A DNA stretch of 64,000 bases, from NCBI GenBank assembly GCA_965248195.1, contig CBDFIQ010000002.1, positions 2,432,001-2,496,000 of the forward strand, in the 5' to 3' direction. Shown here in pieces: positions 52,596 through 61,422 of this stretch (the stretch's first letter is position 1; each line of letters opens with the position of its first letter). This DNA is from Longimicrobiales bacterium (GTDB lineage: Bacteria; Gemmatimonadota; Gemmatimonadetes; Longimicrobiales; Gaopeijiaceae). A program made the translations under genes and the position numbers. The notes under the pieces were generated by a model. That model searched no databases. It worked only from the letters and a program-made list of their open reading frames with translations, and was not told where the DNA came from.

Positions 52596-53168
52596 ATGAA
52601 GATTAGATCAGTACTGAATCTCGCGTTGGTCGCGAGTGTGATAGCCGCCACAGCCTGCGGGGATGACCCCATCGACCCGGACGTGACGGGAGTCGTGGAT
52701 GTGGTAGTACACGACAACACGGCAGCCGGGGCGTTCGAGGGTACGGCAGCTGGTAATTTCCACGCCTCCCTACGCTCGACCGGGGGCACCTGGGTCGACG
52801 TGGGCACGCCCAACGGAATCACAGTGGCGCTTCAGAGCACGGCTCCGACAGCGACCACGGTCCACGGGCCAACAAGCGTGCCCGCCGGCACTTATGATCG
52901 GGTGCGCCTCACCCTGTCCGGGGTCACCTTCACGGTCACCACCGGCGGCGGCGGCCTCAACACGGGCTCGGCCCAAGCGGCCGGAAGCGGAGCCCTGGAG
53001 CTGGAAATATCCGTGCCCGACGTCATCGTCTCGACCGTCGAGGGTCAGGCCACCGTCTCATTCGATCTCAATGTCGAGGATTGGTTCAGCGACGCGATGC
53101 TGACGGCGCAAGAGATCGCTGACGGCGACCTTACGGGTCAACTGACCGCTGCCGTTTCGAGCGGCTGA
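52596..53168 (+). CDS. Lipoprotein, DUF4382-like (paralog 2)
   Basis: Lipobox ATAC; shares PNGITVALQS, GTYDRVRLTLS and VSFDLNVEDW with paralog 1. Confidence 0.75.
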   Translation: MKIRSVLNLALVASVIAATACGDDPIDPDVTGVVDVVVHDNTAAGAFEGTAAGNFHASLRSTGGTWVDVGTPNGITVALQSTAPTATTVHGPTSVPAGTYDRVRLTLSGVTFTVTTGGGGLNTGSAQAAGSGALELEISVPDVIVSTVEGQATVSFDLNVEDWFSDAMLTAQEIADGDLTGQLTAAVSSG

Positions 53169-53204
53169 TTCTACCCGGTAAAAAGTGCCAGATGAGCGTA
53201 GAGA

Positions 53205-53237
53205 GTGCCGGTGGGCGCAAGCCTGCCGGCATTTTTT
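53205..53237 (+). terminator. Rho-independent terminator
   Basis: GTGCCGGTGGGC-GCAA-GCCTGCCGGCAT followed by a T run, between convergent genes. Confidence 0.85.
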
Positions 53238-53269
53238 GTTGCGCCCACACCAGAAGCAGTCCATGAACG

Positions 53270-54571
53270 TCACACCCGTACCCAGGCGATCAAGGCACCG
53301 AGCACGATCAACTGGATCACGATGAATGGGATGGCTCCCCGGTAGATCGTGGTCGTAGGAATGCTCGGTGGCGCCACCCCCCTGAGGTAGAAGAGCGAGA
53401 ATCCGAACGGGGGTGTGAGGAATGACGTCTGGATGTTCACCGCCAGTACGATCCCCAACCACGTAAGGTCGATGCCCAGAATCTGGGCAGGCGCCACGAT
53501 CAGCGGCACGATGATGAAGGCGATCTCGAAAAAGTCGATGAAGAAGCCGAGCCCGAAGACGATGGCGTTGACGAGGAGGAGGAAGCCGAGCGATCCGCCT
53601 GGAAGGTCGGTGAGCATGTCAGCGATCCAGAGGTCACCCTCGAGCCCTCGGAAGACGAGCGTGAACGCGGTGGAGCCGATGAGCAGGAAAATGACCATGA
53701 TCGTGAGGCGTGTCGTATCCTCCATCGCCGCCTTCAGCGCCTTCATGGACAGACGCCGGTGGGCGGCTGCAAGCCCCATGGCGCCTAGAGCGCCCAGCGA
53801 CCCGGCTTCGGTGGGGGTGGCCACGCCGGCGAAGATGCTGCCCAGCACCACCAGAATCAGGACCAACGGCGGGAGCATCGAGCTCATGACACGGCGGAGC
53901 AGCTCGGCGCCCGGAATGTCGAGCGACTCCTCGCGCATGGCGGGTGCGGCGTCCGGTCGCACGATGGCGACGCCGATCACGTAGATCACGTACGCTCCCG
54001 TCAGGATCAGCCCGGGGATCAACCCCGCGCGGAACAGCGCTCCGACCGACACGCCCATCTGATCACCGAGCACGATCAAGACGATGCTGGGCGGGATGAT
54101 CTGCCCCAAAGTGCCGGCGGCGGCGATGACCCCGACCGTCAGTTCGTCCTTGTAGCCGTTTCTTATCATGACCGGGAGCGAGATCAACCCCATCGCGGTG
54201 ACCGACGCCCCGACCACACCGGTCGCCGCGGCCAGCAGCGCGCCCACGCCGATCACACCGATGGCCAGCCCACCCCGGAAACGACCGAACAGAATGCCGA
54301 TCGTCTCCAAGAGATCCTCGGCCAAGTCGGACTTTTCGAGGACCGTGCCCATGAATATGAAGAATGGGACGGCCAGGAGCGTGTAGTTCGCCATGATCCC
54401 GAACGTCCGATCCGGAAGCGCCCGCAGGAGGACGAGATCGAAGTGCCCTGCGAGCGACCCTAGGAGGGAAAAGATCAAGGCGGCGCCGGCGAGCGCAAAC
54501 GCGACCGGGTACCCCGTGAAGATGAGGACAAGTGTCCCCAGGAACATGGCCGGGCCCCAAACTTCTCCCAC
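53270..54571 (-). CDS. dctM: TRAP transporter large permease
   Basis: GYPVAFAL, LLAVPFFIFMG, GTLGQIIPPS, TPTEAG, TSFLTPPFG. Confidence 0.95.
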   Translation of the reverse strand: MGEVWGPAMFLGTLVLIFTGYPVAFALAGAALIFSLLGSLAGHFDLVLLRALPDRTFGIMANYTLLAVPFFIFMGTVLEKSDLAEDLLETIGILFGRFRGGLAIGVIGVGALLAAATGVVGASVTAMGLISLPVMIRNGYKDELTVGVIAAAGTLGQIIPPSIVLIVLGDQMGVSVGALFRAGLIPGLILTGAYVIYVIGVAIVRPDAAPAMREESLDIPGAELLRRVMSSMLPPLVLILVVLGSIFAGVATPTEAGSLGALGAMGLAAAHRRLSMKALKAAMEDTTRLTIMVIFLLIGSTAFTLVFRGLEGDLWIADMLTDLPGGSLGFLLLVNAIVFGLGFFIDFFEIAFIIVPLIVAPAQILGIDLTWLGIVLAVNIQTSFLTPPFGFSLFYLRGVAPPSIPTTTIYRGAIPFIVIQLIVLGALIAWVRV

Positions 54572-55152
54572 TAGTCGCGCTCGCCCGGCAATCCGGCGCC
54601 ATTCCCGAGGCCATCCGCTCCGGAAGGCCCTCCGGCGGGTTCCACCAGAATCGCGGCGTTCTTCACGATTTGGCTGATCGCTTGAAGGAACAGCAGGAAA
54701 AACGACACCAGAATGACGGTCTTGATCGGATAGCGCGGCAGGCCACCGGGATCGGGCGATATCTCCAGGATGGCCCAGCTATTCGCCACGGGCCTCCACG
54801 AGACCCAGAGCATCACGAACGCGAATGGAGCGAGAAAGAGAGCTGATCCTATCAGGTCGATCCAGGCCCGCGCCCGGCGCCCCAGGCGTGCGTACAGCAC
54901 GTCCACACGCACATGGTAGTCATGGTTCAGCCCGTACGCCGCCCCCATCAAGAAGATGAGGCTGAAGAGGTACCATTGGAGCTCGAGGTAGGCGTTCGAA
55001 CTGAGCGACGCGCCGGTGAAGCGACCCGTGTAGCGTGCGATGGCGTTGAACGCTCCAACCACCACCATGACCAGCGCGAGCCACTGAATGGCCGAGCCGA
55101 TCCGGTCGTTGAGCCGGTCGATGGCCGCAGAAAGTCGCTGGAGGAAGATCAC
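54571..55152 (-). CDS. dctQ: TRAP transporter small permease
   Basis: ELQWYLFS, HVRVDVLY, SPDPGGLPRYPIK. Confidence 0.92.
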   Translation of the reverse strand: MIFLQRLSAAIDRLNDRIGSAIQWLALVMVVVGAFNAIARYTGRFTGASLSSNAYLELQWYLFSLIFLMGAAYGLNHDYHVRVDVLYARLGRRARAWIDLIGSALFLAPFAFVMLWVSWRPVANSWAILEISPDPGGLPRYPIKTVILVSFFLLFLQAISQIVKNAAILVEPAGGPSGADGLGNGAGLPGERD

Positions 55153-55156
55153 CCCC

Positions 55157-56185
55157 TTAGGGAGCCTCAGCAGCCCCGGAGTCGACAGCCAGCTGCCGCA
55201 TGATGGCCAGGCCGATCTCACGCAGCGTTTCTACCCCGTGCACGTCGTGCGGCAGAAGGTCCAGGTGGATTCGTCGGAGGCTCGAAAACGTCTGGTCGAT
55301 CTCGTCCCTGTACTCGTTTTCCTGAGCCCGTCGCTCCCGGAGAAAAGCACCCTCCGCATCGGGCGGCAAGAGACGGTTCACGATCATTCCCGCCACCGGC
55401 ACGTCGAACTTACCGAGTAGGTCGAGCACCTTCTTGCTCTCGAGAATTGGTAGCCGTTCAGCGGTGAGCACGAGCAAGAACGCGGTGACTGCCGGGTCGG
55501 TCAGGAGTGCACGTGCCCGATGGAATTTTCGGCGCCGTGTCAGCAGAATGTCTTGAATTCGGCCGTCGCGACTGTCGTCGGGTTCCTCCTTCGACCCCCC
55601 GATCATCCCGAACTCGTCCTCCCTCGAGTGATCACGGCCGAAGACCTTGAGCAGCTCTCCCAGTCGTCTGGACCGATCCTGATGGCCGAGCATACCGTCG
55701 GTCCAGGCGGACAGCACCTCGGGCAAGGAGAGAAGGCGGATCGTGTGGCCGGACGGGGCTGTATCGAAAATCAGCAGATCGAAGCGGCTCCTGGTCTCGG
55801 CCATCAGATCGGCCATGCGCTCGAGCAACGCCGCCTCCATGGTACCGGGGGAGTGGCGAGCGAGCTCGAGCTGACGGTCGATCTCACCATACATCTTGGG
55901 GGCGACCAGCGACTTCATGCTCATCTTGACGGCCGCGATGTGACGCTCCGCTTCGGCCTCGGGATCGATCTCCAGGCCCGAGAGGTTGGGACCGAGCGGG
56001 GTCTCTTTGTTACCGATCCGGATGTCGAAAACGTCGCCGAGCGAATGCGCGGGGTCAGTCGAGACAAGCAACGTCGAACGGCCCCTCTCGCCCGCCATCA
56101 GCGCGAGCGCGCCGGCGGTCGTGGTCTTGCCGACCCCACCCTTGCCGCCCACGAAGATGATGCGCCGGTCGAAAAGCTGATCCAC
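55157..56185 (-). CDS. ArsA/GET3-family ATPase (single domain)
   Basis: GGKGGVGKTT, STDPAHSL, FDTAPSGHT, VNR. Confidence 0.92.
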   Translation of the reverse strand: MDQLFDRRIIFVGGKGGVGKTTTAGALALMAGERGRSTLLVSTDPAHSLGDVFDIRIGNKETPLGPNLSGLEIDPEAEAERHIAAVKMSMKSLVAPKMYGEIDRQLELARHSPGTMEAALLERMADLMAETRSRFDLLIFDTAPSGHTIRLLSLPEVLSAWTDGMLGHQDRSRRLGELLKVFGRDHSREDEFGMIGGSKEEPDDSRDGRIQDILLTRRRKFHRARALLTDPAVTAFLLVLTAERLPILESKKVLDLLGKFDVPVAGMIVNRLLPPDAEGAFLRERRAQENEYRDEIDQTFSSLRRIHLDLLPHDVHGVETLREIGLAIMRQLAVDSGAAEAP

Positions 56186-56264
56186 AGGTCGTTACGGCTC
56201 CGCTCGGTGGGCTAGTGCACCCGGAGCCGGCGTCGGCGATTGAGCCCACACGGACCGAGCACTC

Positions 56265-56537
56265 TCAGCAACATCTGAAGTCGTCGAGCGGCGAATGCTC
56301 CATACCCATGCGCGTGTGCCACTCGTGGAACCGCTCCAGCATGATCGGCTGCAACTCGAGCGTGTAGTACGTGGCTGGGTTCGGAACCCCCATCATCTCC
56401 GAGAAGATGAGCAGCATGAAGAGATCGTCCTGGTCCCGCTTCGCTCGAGCCACCGCCCCCCTGTACGGCACGTTGTAGACTTCGGAAGCCAGATATGCCC
56501 ACCAGCGAAGCTTTTTCTTGATGTCAGCCCACTTCAT
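56265..56537 (-). CDS. Small CstA/ArsA-associated protein ending in Cys-Cys (cory-CC-star type)
   Basis: DDLFMLLIFSEMMGVPNP..YYTLEL..FHEWH..MGMEHSPLDDFRCC-stop. Confidence 0.82.
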   Translation of the reverse strand: MKWADIKKKLRWWAYLASEVYNVPYRGAVARAKRDQDDLFMLLIFSEMMGVPNPATYYTLELQPIMLERFHEWHTRMGMEHSPLDDFRCC

Positions 56538-56544
56538 ATCGTGT

Positions 56545-58245
56545 CTAGACGGATATTCCCTCTCGGCCAGCACCGGCTGCCGCCGCTCGTTTCTCCCGCG
56601 TAAAGGCCGATTGAGACTCGAGGAGCACGAAGATGGCCATGATGATGATCACGACGTCCACCACCCCCAGTAGGTAGTTGGGGTCCCGCCAAAACAGATC
56701 CCACAGCTGGTAGACCGCCGCGGCCAAAGACATCAGAGTGACGAACACCATGGGTACGAGCGTGAAGATGTAACGCCGCCCGAGCTTGACCAACATGACG
56801 CTGAGCACAAGCAGCGTCAGGCCCGCCAGCAACTGGTTCGTGGTGCCGAAGAGAGGCCAGATAGTCATGCCACCTTGGCCGTCTCTACCACCCGCTCCGA
56901 ACGCGAGCGCGAGGCACGCCGCCACGGCCGCGAAGGTCGCGATGTATCCGTTCTGCAACACAGGAATCTTGTAGATGGTGCCCCATTCCTGGACGATGTA
57001 ACGCTGAAGGCGCACCCCGGCGTCCATCGTGGTTCCGGCGAACAGAATGGCCATGACCGCAAGCAGCGTCTGTGCGAATTCCCTGGACAGTGGCGTTCCG
57101 TCCGCAACGATCTGCGACCCGCCGGCGACGAACGTGGGGATGCCGATCGTGCCGCCGAACTCCGCGTACGTCGTCTGCCACTCGCCGAGCGAAGCGAAGC
57201 CTGCGCTGACGGCGATGATGGTCACGAGGGCGAGAAGTCCTTCCCCGGACGAACCCAGATAACCCACAAAGCGGGCATCCGTCTCCTTATTCAGTTGCTT
57301 GGAGGTGGTACCGGACGCAACCAGGCCATGGAAACCGGAGAGAGCCCCGCATGCAATCGTCACGAAGAGCAGAGGCACCAAGGGGGGGGTTCCCTCGGGA
57401 ACCGCCGTGTTGTACATCGGTGCGACGACCGTGGGGTTCGCAGCGAACACCGCGCCGAACAACAGGGCCAGCCCGATGATGAGCTGAATGCCGTTGATGT
57501 AGTCTCTGGGCTGAAGCAGCAACCAGACCGGAAGAAGTGACGCGATCGTGGCGTAGATGAAGAGGATCACGATCCACTGCGGAGCGGCTCCGAGTCCCAT
57601 GAAAGTCTCTGGGAGTGAGACCGGAACCTGGTCTCCAAGGTAGATCACCGCATACAGGATGATGGTGCCAATGATCGTGGGCCACAGGATCGGGACCTTC
57701 ACCCTATAGATCAGCACGCCGATCGCCACAGCCACCGCGATCGCGCTCCAGGCCGGAATCACGCTACTCGGCGTCGCTACGAATGCGTTGGAGATCGAGA
57801 CGGCGAACACGGCGTTGACCATCATCAAGAGAAAGAAGATGACGATCATGAACAACGTACGTGCCCGGAGACTCACAACATCGCCCGTGAGCGATCCGAC
57901 GGACCTACCCTCGTTACGGACGCTCGCCCAGATCGCGCCGAAGTCGTGCACGCCGGCAAAGAATATTGTGCCGCCGATCACCCAGATGAACGCAGGCAGC
58001 CATCCCCAGACGACGGCGATGGCAGGCCCGATGATGGGCGCCGCACCCGCTACGGCCGTGAAGTGGTGGCCCCACAACACGACCCTGTTCGTGGGGATGA
58101 AGTCGACATCGTCCCTCAACGAGTGCGCTGGCGTCTCGAAGTCCGGATCGAGCTGATAGATCTTCTCGGCGATGAACTTCGAGTAGAAGAAATAGCCGCC
58201 AGCAATGGCTATCATGCCGATCAGTGCGGGGACGATCGCGCTCAT
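56545..58245 (-). CDS. cstA: Carbon starvation protein A-family transporter
   Basis: GHHFTAVAGAAPIIGP, PVWLLLQPRDY, ACGALSGFH, WPLFGTTNQLLA. Confidence 0.95.
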   Translation of the reverse strand: MSAIVPALIGMIAIAGGYFFYSKFIAEKIYQLDPDFETPAHSLRDDVDFIPTNRVVLWGHHFTAVAGAAPIIGPAIAVVWGWLPAFIWVIGGTIFFAGVHDFGAIWASVRNEGRSVGSLTGDVVSLRARTLFMIVIFFLLMMVNAVFAVSISNAFVATPSSVIPAWSAIAVAVAIGVLIYRVKVPILWPTIIGTIILYAVIYLGDQVPVSLPETFMGLGAAPQWIVILFIYATIASLLPVWLLLQPRDYINGIQLIIGLALLFGAVFAANPTVVAPMYNTAVPEGTPPLVPLLFVTIACGALSGFHGLVASGTTSKQLNKETDARFVGYLGSSGEGLLALVTIIAVSAGFASLGEWQTTYAEFGGTIGIPTFVAGGSQIVADGTPLSREFAQTLLAVMAILFAGTTMDAGVRLQRYIVQEWGTIYKIPVLQNGYIATFAAVAACLALAFGAGGRDGQGGMTIWPLFGTTNQLLAGLTLLVLSVMLVKLGRRYIFTLVPMVFVTLMSLAAAVYQLWDLFWRDPNYLLGVVDVVIIIMAIFVLLESQSAFTREKRAAAAGAGREGISV

Positions 58246-58313
58246 GGTTCAACCCGGGTCTAAGGTGGATTCAGAGCAACCGGGCGCCAATGTAAGGAGA
58301 AAAGTCGCTCGCG

Positions 58314-59210
58314 TCAGCCCTGGGAGTGAAGAAAGTCGGTAAAGCCGCTGTCGTAATCGGACAGACCGTTTTGCCCCGTCATCCTCATGCGCTCCTCCAT
58401 GATCGGCTTCATGACCGTCCAAACGGCCCGCTCATAGGCCGAGGGCTCGGGCCGGATGGCGTGGAAGTCCTTCGCCAGTTCCTCGCGCAAGCGCGACTCG
58501 TCCACCATGCGGTGGTAGTCGTCGAGGTCTCCATCGGCCAAGACACGCAGGTTGCGGTGCATGCGTTCGGCGAGCGCGGCCTGCACCAGGATCGGGTGGT
58601 CCGAGGTGCTGAGCGCCAGATAGGCGATGGCCTGCGCCTGAAGCTCCTTGTAGTAGCCCTTTCGGTGGCAGAACTCGTGCGCGATGATGTGCGGCTCGAA
58701 GACGCCGGAGTCCCGGAAGATCGTGACGTCGCCGGAAAGGATGTCGCACGCACCCAAAGCAAACGGGAAAAGAAGCTTCGACAACGCAACGCTACGTACT
58801 TCGGCGCTCGTCTCCACGCGTTGACCCGTGAGGGAGGCGATGTAGTCCGTGAGACGCTCGTTCACGACCTTGGCCAATTCTTCTCGGGAGAGCTCCGAAG
58901 GCTGGTAGTCCCGGTTGAGCACGGCGACCAGATCCAGGACCTCTTCCTGCCGCGCCTCCTCGCTCATCGCCTCGAGATTGGAGGGATCCTGTCCGAACGT
59001 CTCCTCGAAGTCGATCGGGCGGGCGTCCTTCCGGGCGAGCCAGTCCCGCAGCGCGCTTCCTGCGTAAGCGCCCAGGGCGACCGCCTGGACGATGCGGCCG
59101 GGCACGCTCGCTCGGAACAGCAACCGGGACGCCAAAGGCGCCAGCATGAACACGTCGGCCAGGGCAAACGGCGCATACGTCGCCTGGTTGGGGATTTCTA
59201 CTCGGTCCAT
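58314..59210 (-). CDS. Putative zinc metallopeptidase (HExxH; DUF3810-like)
   Basis: PHIIAHEFCHRKGYYKELQAQAIAYL...GLSDY. Confidence 0.62.
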   Translation of the reverse strand: MDRVEIPNQATYAPFALADVFMLAPLASRLLFRASVPGRIVQAVALGAYAGSALRDWLARKDARPIDFEETFGQDPSNLEAMSEEARQEEVLDLVAVLNRDYQPSELSREELAKVVNERLTDYIASLTGQRVETSAEVRSVALSKLLFPFALGACDILSGDVTIFRDSGVFEPHIIAHEFCHRKGYYKELQAQAIAYLALSTSDHPILVQAALAERMHRNLRVLADGDLDDYHRMVDESRLREELAKDFHAIRPEPSAYERAVWTVMKPIMEERMRMTGQNGLSDYDSGFTDFLHSQG

Positions 59211-59384
59211 AATCAAACTTACCAGCCCGTCTCGTTCCGGTCATCACCGTCGAACGCGAGGGATCGGTCCAGCGCCCGGAGCTTATCGTACCACGCCCAG
59301 CGGCCGTGGGTCCCATGGGGAGGCTCGGCACGAGTGGGACGTTCTGTATTGCGGGGTCATACCCTAGCGGTACAATGCTTCGAA

Positions 59385-60365
59385 ATGCCATTGCACGAAT
59401 CAGCTCGGTTTCTGAACGTTCGGGGTTACTTGTCTGTTCTCCTCCGTTGGGCACTGCACTCCATACGATGGGCCCAGCACGCCATCCCTTGGGTCCTGCT
59501 ACTGATCCCGGGTGTCGGTCTGGCTCAGGATGGCGGTCGCGATGCCTGGTTTCCGGCCGCGGAATACTTCTCCCGGCCGACCGCCTCGGTCCGTGAGCCG
59601 ACGTTCGCGATGGGGGCACTGTGGAGCACCGTGTTTCGAGACCGATCCGACCCCGCCGAACGCCCACCGTTCGACCTCCAGGGTGGAAACGGGTTGGAGA
59701 CCGACGCCCAGGGCGAGGCCGCACTCGGGGGCAACCTCAGGATCTGGCAGCCGATGCAATGGGTCGACGGAGGACTGACGTTGGGCATCCAGGCCGGGGT
59801 CTTCGGCCGCTTTCGCCTTGAGGTCACGGGCAACGACCTCGTGGCCTCGGACTGGATCGTGGCCCTACCCGCAGAGATCGCGCGTGGCCCCTGGTCCGGC
59901 CGTCTACGCCTGCTGCACTGGAGCGCTCATGTGGGAGACGAGTTGATCGAAGTGGGTGTGGCACGGGTGGATTTTACGACGGAGGCGCTGGAAGCACTGG
60001 TCGCATATGGGTTCGGCGATTTTCGCCTCTACGGCGGCGGAAGCCTTGTGATCCGTTCGAGCCTCGAAAATGAGGTTCAGTTGGGTCCCGCATTCTCCGA
60101 CGATGTTCTGATCCGGTTCGGCGGCGACGCACGCGTGCGTCCCTGGGCCCGAGACGACGTAACGCTGACTGGGGGAGTGGACTGGCACAACAGCGATCGC
60201 ACAGGCTGGGCGGGTCAGCTTTCCGTCCGGTTCGGCCTCGAAGTGCGGGACGGTGCCCGTTCGGCCCGGTTGAGCGGCGTCTACCACCGGGGGCCCTCCC
60301 CCATGGGCCAGTTCTTCCTCACGGACGAGCGATACTGGGGCATCGAGTTGATCCTCGAGCCGTGA
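59385..60365 (+). CDS. Outer-membrane beta-barrel protein, DUF1207-like (start uncertain)
   Basis: ASVREP, NDLVASDW, RLLHWSAHVGDE, GPSPMGQFF; TTGCGG-N16-TACAAT upstream. Confidence 0.7.
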   Translation: MPLHESARFLNVRGYLSVLLRWALHSIRWAQHAIPWVLLLIPGVGLAQDGGRDAWFPAAEYFSRPTASVREPTFAMGALWSTVFRDRSDPAERPPFDLQGGNGLETDAQGEAALGGNLRIWQPMQWVDGGLTLGIQAGVFGRFRLEVTGNDLVASDWIVALPAEIARGPWSGRLRLLHWSAHVGDELIEVGVARVDFTTEALEALVAYGFGDFRLYGGGSLVIRSSLENEVQLGPAFSDDVLIRFGGDARVRPWARDDVTLTGGVDWHNSDRTGWAGQLSVRFGLEVRDGARSARLSGVYHRGPSPMGQFFLTDERYWGIELILEP

Positions 60366-60483
60366 GGGGCGTAGGTTGCGCGGTACCTAATTCCACGCAC
60401 CCGGCCGTATCCTGAGTCCAACACCAGCAACCGTATCCGTGTGAGTGATAGAGAAGTCGTCCACTTTGTTCTGGAGGCCGCCC

Positions 60484-61374
60484 ATGACCTACGCATTCCC
60501 TGATCGTCGATCACGTGCCCGCACCACGTCATGTACCGATCTGAGGGTCCGGACGCTCCTCGCCGGGGTCATGTCTCTGGTAGTTCTCCCCATTTCACCG
60601 ACAGCCGGCACGGCGCAGCGTCTCCCGGCCGACGGGGAGACCGCCACTGCCCGGCTCGAAGCCTCCCCACGGCATGGCGAGTGGGTCACATACGACGCCG
60701 GCGGAGGGGATCGGGTACAGGCATGGGTTACCTATCCGGAGAGAAGCGACCCGGCCCCCGTGGTCGTGGTCGTTCATGATATTCGTGCGATGTCCGACTG
60801 GGCACGCGCTGTGGGCGACCAGCTCTCGGCCGACGGGTTCATCGCGGTCGTGCCGGACCTCCTCTCCGGAAAGGGACCCCGTGGGGCCGGTACGGAGTCC
60901 TTCGCTTCCGGTGAGGTTGGCCGTGCCATACGGGACCTCGACCCCGCCGAAGTCAACCGGCGCTTGAGAGCCGCCGCCGCATATGGCACTTCCCTTCCCT
61001 CCGCCACGGACCAGGTCGGCGTCGTGGGGTTCTGCTGGGGCGGCTCCACGAGCTTCGCCTTGGCGGTCGATTACGGGGATTTGGACGCCGCCGTCGTCTA
61101 CTATGGCACCTCCCCGCCCACCGAAGCGCTCTCGAGCATCCGGGCCCCCGTGCTCGGCCTCTACGGGGGAGCGGACAACCGGGTGAATTCGACCATCCCG
61201 GCGGCCCAAGCCGAACTGGACCGCCTGGGCAAGCGATACGACGTAAACATCTACGACGGGGCCGGACATGGCTTCCTGGGCCGGCAAAACGGCCAGGATG
61301 GCGCCAACCGGGCGGCCTCTGAGGGGGCCTGGCCGGCGACGATTTCGTTCTTCCGCGAGTTGCTGGAGGAATAA
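60484..61374 (+). CDS. Dienelactone hydrolase-family protein
   Basis: SPRHGEW, VGFCWGG nucleophile elbow, LYGGADNRV, GAGHGF. Confidence 0.92.
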   Translation: MTYAFPDRRSRARTTSCTDLRVRTLLAGVMSLVVLPISPTAGTAQRLPADGETATARLEASPRHGEWVTYDAGGGDRVQAWVTYPERSDPAPVVVVVHDIRAMSDWARAVGDQLSADGFIAVVPDLLSGKGPRGAGTESFASGEVGRAIRDLDPAEVNRRLRAAAAYGTSLPSATDQVGVVGFCWGGSTSFALAVDYGDLDAAVVYYGTSPPTEALSSIRAPVLGLYGGADNRVNSTIPAAQAELDRLGKRYDVNIYDGAGHGFLGRQNGQDGANRAASEGAWPATISFFRELLEE

Positions 61375-61422
61375 GCACGGGGGGGATGCAGTCGGACCCC
61401 CTAGGTCGAAAGGCATACCGAC

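Noticed and set aside
55157..56185. Arsenic resistance operon
   Set aside because: No arsB, acr3, arsC or arsR, and the ATPase has no metalloid-binding cysteines.
58326..59384. N-terminal half of the 679-aa + strand ORF
   Set aside because: It is the antisense shadow of the HExxH gene at 58314-59210; only the part from about 59385 looks like a real protein.
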